The position numbers and the translations under genes were made by a program. DNA of 64,000 nucleotides, from positions 40,672,001-40,736,000 of the forward strand of contig OX597835.1 in the NCBI GenBank assembly GCA_951406725.2. Reading direction: 5' to 3'. Every line of letters starts with the position of its first letter. Positions within the stretch are counted from its first letter, which is position 1. Positions 23,771 through 36,883 of this stretch are shown here, piece by piece. The notes beneath the pieces are model-generated. The model was not told the DNA's origin. It searched no databases and saw nothing but the letters and a program-made list of their open reading frames with translations. This DNA comes from Octopus vulgaris. Taxonomy: Eukaryota.

Positions 23771-25519
23771 TATCTGATAAAGTCATTTAAAATAATATAT
23801 TTAATGATGATGATGGTGGCGGTGGCGGTGGAGGTGGTTAAAGAGATCAATACAGTAGAGATTGTGTGAAGATGATGATAATACTAAATAGTCGTGGATG
23901 TAAACAAATCCTACCATGGATTAAGGTTGTTAGTATGAAGGATTTAAGGTGAAATATAAACTTGATCTTCCTTTGAATATTTCATTTTTCACTTTGTACA
24001 CACACTCACTCGCTTACACACACACACACACACACACACACTGACATATGTACAGCAAGAGGAGATTCACAAACGAAGAGCTTTTGCCAATGTTCTGCAG
24101 TGTGAGCATCAAAGGCTTCAGATACTCTGGATTACAAGACAGTGTAATTGTTGTTGTGATACCTGTGCCGGTGGCACGTAAAAAGCACCATCCGAGCGTG
24201 GCCGATGCCAGCGCTGCCTTGACTGGCTCCTGTGCCGGTGGCATGTAAAAAGCACCAACCAATTGTGGCCGCTGCCAGCCTCCCCTGGCACCTGTGCCAT
24301 GTAAAAAGCACCGTCCGAGCATGGCCGTTGCGAGCATGGCCGTTGCCAGCGCCGCCCCGACTGGCCTCCGTGCCGGTGGCACATAAAAAGCACCAACCGA
24401 TTGTGACTGCTGCCAGTGGCACGTAAAAAGCACCCACTACACTCATGGGGTGGTTGGCGTTAGGAAGGGCATCCAGCTGTAGAAACTTTGCCAGATCAAG
24501 ATTGGAGCCTGGTACAGCCTCCTGGCTTCCCAGACCCCGGTCGAACCGTCCAACCCGTGCTAGCACGGAAAACGGACATTATACGATGATGATGAATCAG
24601 AGGGAACTCAGATGTGGGTGAGAAGATGATGGACTTGCACTTAGTGATTCTGAATAGAAAGACACATGAAAGTGTTACTATGAAAGGCTTATTAAGTGGG
24701 AGGAATGCATGGCAGAAAGAGGGTCGTCCCAACATGGAACCAACAGAGGGAGCAGCTATGCTAGTTGGCAGCAATATGATAGATAAAGCAATGGAGGATA
24801 TGAAGGCAAGGAAAGCCCTGGTCCATCAGGAATCACCATTGAGATACCTCAGATGTCCAGTGGAGTGGGATATGACTTAGTCACCCGTAGAGTAAATCAG
24901 GTTTCGTAATAATTTGGGGTCACGAAATTGACAACACAGTAAAGTGAATAACATACATACATATTCAAATAACTACGGATACACACACACACACACAGCA
25001 GATACATACAAATGCACTCAAACACACCCATTACAGGTACAAACACATACAAACTACAACTGCATACACACACAAACACTCAGGCAATACAGGTACATCA
25101 TCATCATCGGTTAACGTCCGCTTTCCATGCTACCATGGGTCGGACGATTTTAATTGAGGGTTGGCGAACCAGATGGCCGCACTGGGCTCCAATCTTGATC
25201 TGGCAGTGTTTCTACGGCTGGATGCCCTTCCTAATGCCAACCACTCCATGAGTGTAGTGGGTGCTTTTTATGTACCACTGGCACGGGGCCAGTCAGGTGA
25301 TACTGGCAATGACCTCGCTCGAATCTTTTTACACATGCCACCGGCACAGGTGCCAGTAAGGCGACGTTGGTAACGATCATGCTCGATGAAAAATTGGGTA
25401 CAGACTAGAGATAATATGAACGGCAGATGCAGACACACCCAACCCAATTGCACTAGAATCCCAATCCAACAGATGCTGTTTGAGCAGATTTGATGTGCGA
25501 CTGAACAACAACAATGATA

Positions 25520-26110
25520 ATGACACATACATCTACATCACACATTCAGATCAAGTCACATGACACATCTACAGCGTGTCACATGACAGTTACATTATGT
25601 CACATGATGCATCACAACTTCAGCTACATCACATCACCCGACATGGTTGTATAACATCACATAGTTACATAAGATCACATGACACAGCTACATCATGCCA
25701 CATGACACAGCTACATCATGCCACATGTTACAGCTATGTCATCTCTGATTATGCAGTTATATCATATCACATGATACCGTTACATTATGTCATATGACAC
25801 AGCTATGTCACTCCACACGACGCAGTTACATCACACTGCTATTCAATTATACCACATCACATGACAGAGCTACATTACAGCTACATCATGTCAAATGATA
25901 CAGCTATATCACATCTCACAATGCAGTTATGTCACGTCACATGACAGCTACACAATACAGTGACAAGTCAAATGATACAACCACATCACATCGCATATCT
26001 CACAATAGATCATGTTACTTGTCACAGAGAACACAACACATCCACATCATATCATATGGCATAATGGATATCCCCTAACACATGGGGTAAACACAAATTA
26101 TCACATGACA
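25520..26110. repeat. Cryptic CACAT/GACAC/AGCTA-based degenerate minisatellite
   Basis: Repeated CACATGACACAGCTACAT variants. Confidence 0.8.
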
Positions 26111-27551
26111 CATATACATCAGATTACTCACACATAAACGCACAATACCTATTTCTTTATTACCCACAAGGGGCTAAACATAGAGGGGACAAACAAGGAC
26201 AGACAAACGGATTAAGTCGATTACATTGACCCCAGTGCGTAACTGGTACTTAATTTATCGACCCCGAAAGGATGAAAGGCAAAGTCGATCTCGGCAGAAT
26301 TTGAACTCAGAACGTAGCGGCTGACGAAATACCTATTTCTTTATTACCCACAAGGGGCTAAACATAGAGGGGACAGACAAACGGATTAAGTCGATTACAT
26401 TGACCGCAGTGCGTAGCTGGTACTTAATTTATTGACCTCGAAAGGATGAAAGGCAAAGTCAACCTCGGCGGAATTTGAACTCACAACGTAATGGCAGACA
26501 AAATACCGTTAGGCATTTCGCCGGTGTGCTAACATTTCTGCCAGCTCGCCATCTTATCATATGGCATAATGGATATCCCCTAAAACATGTGGTAAACACA
26601 AATTATCATATGACACATGTACATGAGCTCACTCACACCTAAATGCACAATATCACCAACACACAACATATCTATTTCTTTACTACCCACAAGGGGCTAA
26701 ACACAGAGGGGACAAACAAGGACAGACATAGGTATTAAGTCGATTACATCGACCCCAGTGCGTAACTGGTGCTTAATTTATCGACCCCAAAAGGATGAAA
26801 GGCAAAGTCAACCTCGGCAGAATTTGAACTCAGAACGCAGCGGCCGACGAAATACCTATTTCTTTATTATCCATAAGGGGCTAAACATAGAGGGGACAAA
26901 CAAGGACAGACAAATGGATTAAGCCGATTACATTGACTGCAGTGCATAACTGGTACTTAATTTATCGACCCCGAAAGGATGAAAGGCAAAGTCAACCTCG
27001 GCAGAATTTGAACTCAGAACGTAATGGCAGACGAAATACGGATACGCATTTTGCCCGGTGTGACCAACGCACAACATCTTCTTCTGTGAGCCCTGTTAAT
27101 TCACGACAAGTGGCTTGCCTCCATCCCTCGCACACAACGGATTTCCTGACATCAGCAATCGTATATGCGGAAGGTGTAAGACATTGATGCAGGGGTAAAA
27201 CGAACATGTGTGTGTGTGTGCGTGTGTTTGTGTGCGTGCACGCGAGCGCGTGTGTAGGGCGCATTTAAAACAAGACTGAACAGGCATCAACAAGTGTCTT
27301 ATGGCTTAAGACAACAAGCCCCACCCTACCTCGACATGTAGTAGTAGTATTAATATTAATATTGTGGGGGTGAGTTGGGGGAGATTTGTATCATCAGTAG
27401 CCAATCACCTGACAAAACAATTAGAGCAAAGGAAGTAGGGATGTGGGGGGGGGGGGCAACAAAGATGCCTTTTGTTTACATCCTTCTTAACAAAACTAAG
27501 CAGCATTGTCTCTTCACATGACAAGGTGAGCAATATGCTGAATTACAAGAT

Positions 27552-27679
27552 GGTGGTGGTGGCGGCGGCGGCAGTGGCTGCAGGCATGGTGGTGGTGGTT
27601 GTAGTGGTGGTGGTGGTGGTGGTGGTGGCAGCAGCAGTGGCAATAAGTGGCTGCAGGCATGGTGGTGGTGGTAGTGGTG

Positions 27680-27710
<31 letters not shown>

Positions 27711-27745
27711 CAGCAGTAGTAGAAGTAATAGTAGCAGTAGTAGTT

Positions 27746-27789
<44 letters not shown>

Positions 27790-27827
27790 CATTGTAGTAG
27801 TAGTGTTGGTGGTGGTGGTGGTGGTGG
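27552..27827. repeat. (GGT)n/(AGT)n trinucleotide tract
   Basis: Direct inspection. Confidence 0.95.
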
Positions 27828-28219
27828 GTATTCTTGTTTAGCCATAGGCTAACTTCCTTCCAGCAGAGACTACAATCAAAGGCATTCCAGATATGGCCAC
27901 CATAGTCTTTCCAGCCTTTATCTATAACTACATCATCCCACGAAAAGAGTCCCACCAATTTAAAAAAATTTTTTTTAACAAGATGGTAGGTTTCGGTTTG
28001 CTGGAATATCTGGTTCCCTCATTGGTGGTGGTGGTGGTGGTGGTGAAGTTAATTGTTGTTTAGCCAAATGTGATCGACACCATTTGAACCCATGATCATG
28101 GCACTGACTTTTTCAGACATAGCCTAGCTAGGAGTACATTATTGAATAAGCCCATGTTGTTGCAGCTGAGGAAAACGACACCCAACAACCACCTGTTACA
28201 CCAACACCAATCTCTGTCA

Positions 28220-29186
28220 TACCTATTTCTTTATTACCCACAAGGGGCTAAACACAGAGAGGACAAACAAGGACAAACAGATTAAGTCGATTACATCGAC
28301 ACCAGTGCGTAACTGGTACTTAATTTATCGACCCTGAAAGGATGAAAGGCAAAGTCGAACTCAGAGGAATTTGAACTCAGAACGTAACAGTAGACAAAAT
28401 ACCTATTTCTTTACTATCCACAAGGAGCTAAACACAGAGAGGACAACCAAGGACAGACAAACGGATTAAGTCGATTATATCGACCCCAGTGCGTAACTGG
28501 TACTTAATTTATCGACCCTGAAAGGATGAAAGGCAAAGTCGACCTCAGAGGAATTTGAACTCAGAACGTAACAGTAGACAAAATACCTATTTCTTTACTA
28601 TCCACAAGGAGCTAAACACAGAGAGGACAACCAAGGACAGACAAACGGATTAAGTCGATTATATCGACCCCAGTGCGTAACTGGTACTTAATTTATCGAC
28701 CCTGAAAGGATGAAAGGCAAAGTCGACCTCAGAGGAATTTGAACTCAGAACGTAACAGTAGACAAAATACCTATTTCTTTACTATCCACAAGGGGCTAAA
28801 CACAGAGAGGACAAACAAGGACAGACAAACGGATTAAGTCGATTACATCGACACCAGTGCGTAACTGGTACTTAATTTATCGACCCTGAAAGGATGAAAG
28901 GCAAAGTCGACCTCAGAGGAATTTGAACTCAGAACGTAACAGTAGACAAAATACCTATTTCTTTACTATCCACAAGGAGCTAAACACAGAGAGGACAACC
29001 AAGGACAGACAAACGGATTAAGTCGATTATATCGACCCCAGTGCGTAACTGGTACTTAATTTATCGACCCTGAAAGGATGAAAGGCAAAGTCGACCTCAG
29101 AGGAATTTGAACTCAGAACGTAAAGGCAGACGAAATACTGCTAAGCATTTCGCCCAGTGTGCTAACGTTTCTGCCAGCTCCCTGCC
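28220..29186 (-). mobile_element. SINE family B pentamer (5 x ~184-bp body + one head)
   Basis: Units start at 28220, 28400, 28584, 28768 and 28952; TSD AATCTCTGTCATACCT at 28209 and 29189. Confidence 0.95.
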
Positions 29187-29792
29187 TTAATCTCTGTCAT
29201 ACCTCCACAAAAAACAACCATCTGCTGATATTTTAAAACAGAGGAAGGCAGCGAGTTAGCAGAATCATTAGCAGCGGCGCCAAAAACTCTGCAGCATTTC
29301 AACCCGTGCTAGCACGGGAAAACGGACGTTAAACGACGATGATAGCGGCGGCGGCGATTACTACTACTACTACTACTATACTCTCTTTTACTCTTTTACT
29401 TGTTTCAGTCGTTTTGACTGCGGCCATGCTGGAGCACCACCTTTAGTCGAGCAAATCGGCCCTGGGACTTATTCTTTGAAAGCCCAGTACTTATTCTATC
29501 GGTCTCTTTTGCCGAACCGCTAAGTGACGGGGGACGTAAACACACCAGCTTCGGTTGTCAAGCAATGCTAGGGGGACAAACACAGACACACAAACATATA
29601 CGCACACATACATATATATATATATATGTACATACATACGACAGGCTTCTTTCAGTTTCCGTCTACCAAATCCATTCACAAAGCATTGGTTGGCCCGATG
29701 CTATAGCAGAAGACACTTGCCCAAGATGCCACGCAGTGGGACTGAACCTGGAACCATGTGGTTGGTTACCAAGCTACTTACCACACAGCCAC

Positions 29793-29831
<39 letters not shown>

Positions 29832-30108
29832 TGAGTTCAACTTTGCCTTTTCTCCTTTCAGGGTTGATAAAATAATTACCAGTTGGGCACGGGGGGCGGG
29901 GAGGGGGGTTTGATGTGACTTACTCCTCCCATCGAAATTGCTGGCCTTGCGTTAAAATTTGAAACTAATATTTTTAAAAGGTGGTCGGGTGCACAACAAT
30001 GTGGTTTACTACAACGATACAAAGGCATCCACAAGTTCCAGGTTCAATCCCATGACATGGCACCTTGGGCAAGAGGCTGAGTTACATGAAGGGGTCAAAT
30101 TATATTAA

Positions 30109-30329
30109 CCCTGTCGTTACTGTATTTATTTTCAGATGCTCTGTGTTTCTTCCAATTATTTTAAATATATCAAAGAATTTAGTAAAATAACATCGTTATA
30201 ATTAAGCTAGTGTTAGGAATGTAAATTGTGACTAAGGTTTGGTGGAAGATTTTAATTCAGAACTTTTGAAAACCAGACATTTGTACTAAACAGCCAGAGC
30301 TGGTTTCAGCCGGGTTGATAACGAAAGGG
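30109..30329. mobile_element. piggyBac-like MITE
   Basis: TTAA TSD; TIR CCCTGTCGTTA / TAACGAAAGGG. A different TTAA-type MITE remnant lies at ~56091-56318. Confidence 0.75.
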
Positions 30330-30489
30330 TTAAGGGGTTGAATTATATTTAGGTTTTCTAAAAATCCTGACATTTTCTAGTTTATTTCAAAAGCTCAACA
30401 CATACCTATAGATCATATGTAGTCCACCTAGAATTGGTGAACATGAAGCAGCAAACATTTTTATGTGTCTTGTGTAGAGAAAAAGAAGT

Positions 30490-31010
30490 TAGGGTCCAGT
30501 TATATTATTGAGTGGCTAAGTTATATTAAGGAGTTGAGTTATATTAAAGAGTGATGTTAAGGGGTCAAGTTATATTAAGGGGTTAAGATATATTTAGGGG
30601 TCGAGTTATATTAAGGAGTCAAGTTGTATAAAGGGGTCGAGTTGTATAAAGGGGTCAAGTTATATAAAGGGGCCGAGTTACATTCGAGGATCGAATCAAG
30701 AAGCTGAGTTATATAAAGGGATCAAGTTATATTAAGGGGCTTAGTTATATTAAGGGTCAAGTTATATTAAAGGGCTAAGATATATTAAGGGGTCGAGTTG
30801 TATAAAGGGGTCCAGTTATATAAAGGGGTTGACTTACATTCAAGGATCAAATCAAGAGGCTGAGTTATTTAAAGGGATCAAGTTATATAAAGGGTCAAGT
30901 TATATTAAGAGGTTTAGTTATATTAAGGGGTCAAGTTATATTAAGGGGTTTAGTTATATTAAGGGTCAAGTTATATCAAGGGGTTTAGTTATATTAAAGG
31001 GTTAAGTGAT
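30490..31010. repeat. ~19-bp minisatellite GGGGTCAAGTTATATTAA
   Basis: More than 20 diverged units; outlying units at 30075-30108 and 30330-30350. Confidence 0.9.
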
Positions 31011-31597
31011 ATGTAGTAGAAAACACTTGCTCAAGGTGCCATGCCATGGGACTGAACCTGGAACCATGTGGTTGGGAAGCAAACTTCTTGCCACACCTGT
31101 AGATTGTGTGTGGTGTATTTATTATACTATATTGTGGTCTGTGGGTTGTGATGTATTATTGGATATTGGTTACGTGGATATTGATTACGTTGATTGCATT
31201 ATTGTGGGTGGGTAGGGGGCATGCGAGTGGTGTAGCTTCCATTATTATATAATTGAGTATTGATTATGTGAATTACATGGATTGCATCATATCATAATGT
31301 ATTGATTAGAGATTGGTGTGGAGTGAGAGCTATACAATAATTATCAGTTGTGAAGTGTATGGCATGTGCTGTGTTCATTGTAATGGAATTGTGTTGAGTA
31401 GGAATGGCGAGGGTGGCGCTGCATTATCAAGAGATTATGTGAAGCATTTAGTGTCAGCTGTATTAAGTTATAGCGTAGTGATTGTGCAGAGGAAGCTATT
31501 GACTTATGTCTTGCGTTGATGTAAGCTGTGTCTACCCAGGGTTACTATTGCAATAATCATTATTATTATTATTATTATTATTATTGTTATTATTATT

Positions 31598-32040
31598 GAG
31601 TGAGAGAGCAGTGCATGCCATCAAAGTGACACTGGGGTAAAATATACGAAGCCCAATATACCTATCATGACTACCCGTCTGATAAGGGTACACCAGGCAC
31701 ATGCATCACAACCATATGTGCACGACATGGTGATTTCATATCAAGATAAACAGCACCTGACCTTGCAGGTGGGGTCCAGTTAGAATTTTCTTCTGGTCAA
31801 GTAACCCATCACGCTCAAAAGGTCCCTGAATAAGGGTTGTTTAAGGATGTTGAACGAAACGCCCATGTTTCCAGAGGTCAATTATTCAAACCCCAAAGAA
31901 GCCCCCTCAACACACGGCTATGATGCTCCCCCACGACTTCTGCTCGTGATCAGAGATGCACATATCGACAGCCACTAAGGGACATGCTCAACTGGTTACG
32001 GTCAAACAACTGACAAGCAAATCTGTGGCATTGAGCAGAA

Positions 32041-32045
<5 letters not shown>
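31598..32045 (-). mobile_element. Non-coding insertion embedded in a (TTA)n tract, possibly a microsatellite-targeting retroelement end
   Basis: (TTA)n on both sides; no ORF; class and strand inferred. Confidence 0.45.
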
Positions 32046-32092
<47 letters not shown>

Positions 32093-32341
32093 GGCAGTGA
32101 GCTGGCAGAATGGTTAGCATGCCAGGCAAAATGCTTAGCGGAATTTCATCCGACCTTGTGTTCTGAGTTCAAATTCTGTTGAGTTCAACTTTGGCTTTCA
32201 TCCTTTCAGGGAAGATACAGTTGGATACAGTCGATACAGTTGAATACAGTTGGTACAGTTGAAGTACCAGTTGAATACTGGGGTTGATGTAATCGACTCA
32301 TCCCCTCCCCCAATATTGCTGTCCTTGTGGTAAAATTTGAA

Positions 32342-32387
<46 letters not shown>

Positions 32388-32809
32388 GGGCAGTGAGCTG
32401 TCAGAATCGTTAGCATGCTGGACAAAATGCTTAGTGGTATTTTGCCCGTTGTGAAGGCGCATGGCTCAGTAGTTAGAGCGTAGAGCTCATGGGCCCGGTT
32501 TCCCGGTTTCTATGACGTATGTTTTCATCAGCTGGAGGGGATGCCAGTCCATCGAAGCGTTACTCATTTTTGCCAGCTGAGTGAACTGGAGCAACGTGAA
32601 ATGAAGTGTTTTGCTCAAGAACACAACGCGTCACCCAGTCCAGGAATCGAAACCACAATCTTACGATCATGATGCTGACACCCTAACCACTAAGCCATGT
32701 GCATCCACATTATTATCATTATTATTATTATTATTATTATGATTTATCATTATTGTTATTATCATTGAACGTCGAAATAAATATCAATGGAAACAGTAGT
32801 TGTGATGCC

Positions 32810-33110
32810 TGTGCTGGTGGCACATAAAAAGCACTATCCGAACGTGGCCGATGCCAGCGCCGCCCCGACTGGCTTCTGTGCCGGTGGCACATAAAAAGCA
32901 CCATCCGAACGTGGCCGATGCCAGTGCCACTCCGACTGGCTTCTGTGCCGGTGGCACATAAAAAGCACCATCCGAACGTGGCCGATGCCAGCGCCGCCCC
33001 GACTGGCTTCTGTGCCGGTGGCACATAAAAAGCACCATCCGAACGTGGCTGATGCCAGCGCCGCTCCGACTGGCTTCTGTGCCGGTGGCACATAAAAAGC
33101 ACCATCCGAA
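32810..33110 (+). repeat. 67-bp tandem repeat inside a family C element
   Basis: Units at 32810, 32877, 32944, 33011 and 33078. Confidence 0.95.
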
Positions 33111-33449
33111 CGTTGCCAGCCCTGCCTTGGCTGGCTTCCGTGCCGCTGGCACGTTAAAAGCTCCAACCGATCGTGGCTGATGCTGGACCCCACCTGGCAC
33201 CTGTGCAGGTGGCACATAAAAAGCATCCACTACACTCGTAGAGTGGTTGGTGTTAGGAAGGGCATCCAGCCATAGAAACTCTGCCAGATCAGACTGGAGC
33301 CTGGAGCAGCCCCTGGCTTCCCAGACCCCGGTCGAACCGTGCAACCCGTGCTAGCGCGGAAAACGGACGTTAAATGATGATGATGATTATTATTATTGTT
33401 GTTGTGATTATTATTGTTTTGTTTTTGCTTTAATTTATATGAGTTGTAC

Positions 33450-33541
33450 CTGAGTCTTTATCAGAGGCACCAAGCGGCAACAAGGTTTTGCATCTGAAGA
33501 CCCTAAAAGATGAGGTGCCATTCAATTGGAAACACAGATGT
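33450..33541 (-). other. Candidate alternative exon
   Basis: Strong TTTTTTTTTTCTCCCACAG acceptor and CAG|GTACAA donor; 92 nt of unique sequence. Confidence 0.45.
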
Positions 33542-36389
33542 CTGTGGGAGAAAAAAAAAATAAACAAAAACCAGAGTGAGTAAGGTTGCATATACATGGA
33601 GAGGAATTTATGTAGGATATGTGAAGTATCCAGGTGGTGAGCTGGCAGAATCATTAGCAGCATTTTTACCACCTTTATGGTCTGAGTTAAAAAACCAGTT
33701 GAGCATTGGGGGGGGGGGGTCAATGTAATTGACTTACTCCTTCTCTTGAATTTGCTGGCCTTGTGCAAAAATTTGAAACCATAATTATCAATTATAACCA
33801 TAATTAGCAGTCACCCATGCATACCGGCCTCCCTGCTCCACGCCACTGATGTTATCCAAGGGAAAGGCAAAGGGGCCAATACAGCTTGGCACCAGTGGCA
33901 GAATTGTTAACACACCGGACAAAATTATTGGTGGCATTTTGTTTGTCTCTGTGTTCTGAGTTCAAATTCCACCAAGGTCAACTTCACTCTTCGTTCCTTT
34001 GGGGGTCCATAAAATAAAGTATCAGTCAAGTATTAGGCCCAATTCAATTGACTTACCCCCAGCCCTAAAACTGCTGGCCTTGAACCATTATTATCATTAC
34101 TAATATCATCATCATCATCATCATCATTATTATTATTATTAAAGAAATAATTATCATCATCATCAATTTATTTTATTATTTGTTTTAATCAGAACAGATT
34201 AATTTACAGTTGACTGTTTTGCTTTGTTTTGTGTCATTATTATTATTATTATTTTTCCTGTCTTTTTTCTCACTAAAGCCAGATGAAAGTGATACAGATC
34301 TGTTTAAACTATAACAGTCTTTGTGTAATCCATACTTATCAGGGATTAAAAATTTTCTGCTAAGCTTAAGCTACATCATTCCACATAAATCAATCAGAAA
34401 TCCACACATGTACCATATTAATTATTGCAGATTTCAAAAGACCACAGCAGCAACACCACCACCACTACCACCACTATCACCACTGCCGCCACCACCACCA
34501 CCACCACCACAGCAGTGAGCCAATGAAAGAACATCCGGATGGTCAGTCATTCAACTTGCTAGAAATAACAACCAAATTTCTTATTTCTTTATTGCCCACA
34601 AGGGGCTAAACATAGAGGAGACAAACAAGAACAAGATTAAGTCAATTAGATCGACCCCAGTGCGTAACTGGTACTTAATTTATCGACCCCGAATGGATGA
34701 AAGGCAAAGTTGACCTCGGCAGAATTTGAACTCAGAACGTAATGACAGATGAAATACGGCTATGTATTTCGCCCGGCATGCTGACGTTTCTGCCAGCTCA
34801 CTGCCTTCTAACCAAATTTCTGTCAAGCCACAAGCTCTATTCATCAGCATCAATGTCTACTTTTCAGTGTGCATATATGATAGACTGTAAGTGATTTGAG
34901 AGAACAACTGGGTATACAAGACATTGCATGTAGGGTGCAAGAGAGAAGACTGCACTGGTGTGGGTATGTGATGTGTTTGAATGAAGACAGTTATATCAAG
35001 GGGGGCAGATCTTTAGTCAGAAAACAGCACAGCTCCCATGACTTTCGGAAACATTTTTTTAGGCTGAGAGTTGCTGAAGCATGGAACAAACTGCCGGCAT
35101 CAGTTGTTAGTTGTCAGAGCACTGTATCCTTGAAAACTTCCATGCTTTCTGAGATTCGCCAACACTACACCTGATTTTCTCTCCTCCATACACACACAAG
35201 CATGTATCTGACTCATACATTGTTCGCTTCCCAGACATTTGTACATTACTGCATATACTTTATATGCACTTTCTGACAAGTTGTGGTGCACCTGAACACT
35301 GAATACAATAATTTCATTATTATAATTATTATTTTAATTGTAGAGGGAACATGTGGAAGGTGTAAACCCAGGAAGACAGGGAACAAAGTGGTGAGAAAGG
35401 ATCTTTAGACATTGGGCCTAACAGAGGGGATGACAAGGGATCGTGACCCCTGGTGGTTTGCTGTGCTTTAGAAGACAAGTCAAGCTAAGTAAAAATGTGG
35501 TTGCCCTGCCCTTGCATACAGCCTTGTCCCTTTCAACCCTCTCCAGCTGAGCATTTCTAATCTTGCAGGCTCGTGGGTGCCGGTGCCATATTAAAAGCAC
35601 CCATATTGGTGCCGCATAAACACACTCGGTACACTCTGTAAGGTAGTCGGTGTTAAGAAGGGCATTCAGTCATAGAAACCACACCAAGACATACATGGAA
35701 CCTGGGCAGCTCTTCAGGTGGCCAACTTCTGTGAAACTGGCCAACCTATGCCAGCATGAAAAACAGATATTAAATGATAATGAAGAAGATTTTCTCTGAT
35801 TGCATTAAATGATTGTTACTGTCATACAGGCAGTATCATTTATATCTGATATGTGATATGTAGCCAGTCCACTTATGCATACCTTTCTTTCTTGGGACAC
35901 AAAACTCTACTTGTGAAGACCTGTTGAGGCAAGTGAAAATCGAAATCGATCAACATCAATGGAAATTGCAGCTGTGATACCAGTGCCGGTGGTACGTAAG
36001 AGAACCATCCGAACGTGGCCATTGCCAGCGCCGCCCCAACTGGCCTCGTTCCGGTGGTACGTGAAAAGCACCATCCGATCGAGGCCGTTGCCAGCCTCGT
36101 CTGGCTCCTGTACCGGTGGCACGTAAAAAGCACCCACTACACTCACGGAGTGGTTGGCGTTAGAAAGGGCATCCAGCTGTAGAAACATTGCCAGATCAGA
36201 CTGGGCCTGGTGCAGCCTCCTGGTTTCCCAGACCCCAGTTGAACCATCCAACCCATGCTAGCATGGAAAGCGGACACTAAACGATGATGATGATGATGTG
36301 AGAACATACCTGGCCAAGGGGAAATATTACCTTTCTTAGAAACAGGTGAGAGTTGGTGACTGGAAGGGCACCCAACAATAAAAAATCTG

Positions 36390-36883
36390 CAAAGCAGTGA
36401 TATGGGGAGATATTGATAAATCGGGTATAGCTGATCATGTATGGAAAAATGGAGACCACCTGCCCCTGTGGGATGAAGTTAAACTAATAGACAGAGAACA
36501 CCACTGGAAAATACGAAAACTAAAAGAAGCTGCACATGTGCTAGGACACAACAACCTCCTAAGCAGACCGAGTGCAGATATGAGCAGCATATGGGAACCG
36601 GTATTAAGGAAGGATAGGAGAAGATAAGTTTTATAAGCCCTAAAATTCACTCAAGATTCCGAGTTCAATTCCAGGCAGTGACCTGAATAATAATAATAAT
36701 AATAATAATAACATCGAAAAATACTTTAGGAATGAGAAATCAGGTTCAAAATTTTCCCAAGACACCTGATGAAGGCTGGAGGGTATATCAGCTGAAATGT
36801 TGTGTTAACAACAAACCCGATGAGGACAAATATCCGTCAATTGTAAATAATGTACATAATTCCTCATCTTTTAAATATAGAAC
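36390..36883 (+). mobile_element. Penelope-like element 3' fragment (GIY-YIG endonuclease C-terminus + terminal repeat)
   Basis: KSGIADHVWKNGDHLPLWDEVKLIDREHHWKIRKLKEAAHV matches the PLE endonuclease C-terminal pattern; followed by a hammerhead-like motif. Confidence 0.8.
36761..36806 (+). ncRNA. Minimal type I hammerhead ribozyme-like motif (probably decayed)
   Basis: GACAC-CTGATGA-A-GGCTG..CAGCT-GAAA-TG-TT-GTGTT: stem I GACAC/GTGTT, stem II and both core boxes present. Confidence 0.6.

Noticed and set aside
27852-27958. Protein-like stretch LVGLFSWDDVVIDKGWKDYGGHIWNAFDCSLCWKE on the minus strand
   Set aside because: No convincing acceptor, weak donor and no recognisable homology.
32810-33230. 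CRISPR-like array (hairpin repeat with intervening segments; also at 57-345 and 24165-24433)
   Set aside because: The spacers are homologous to one another, the array lies in a LINE 3' UTR, there are no cas genes and the context is eukaryotic.
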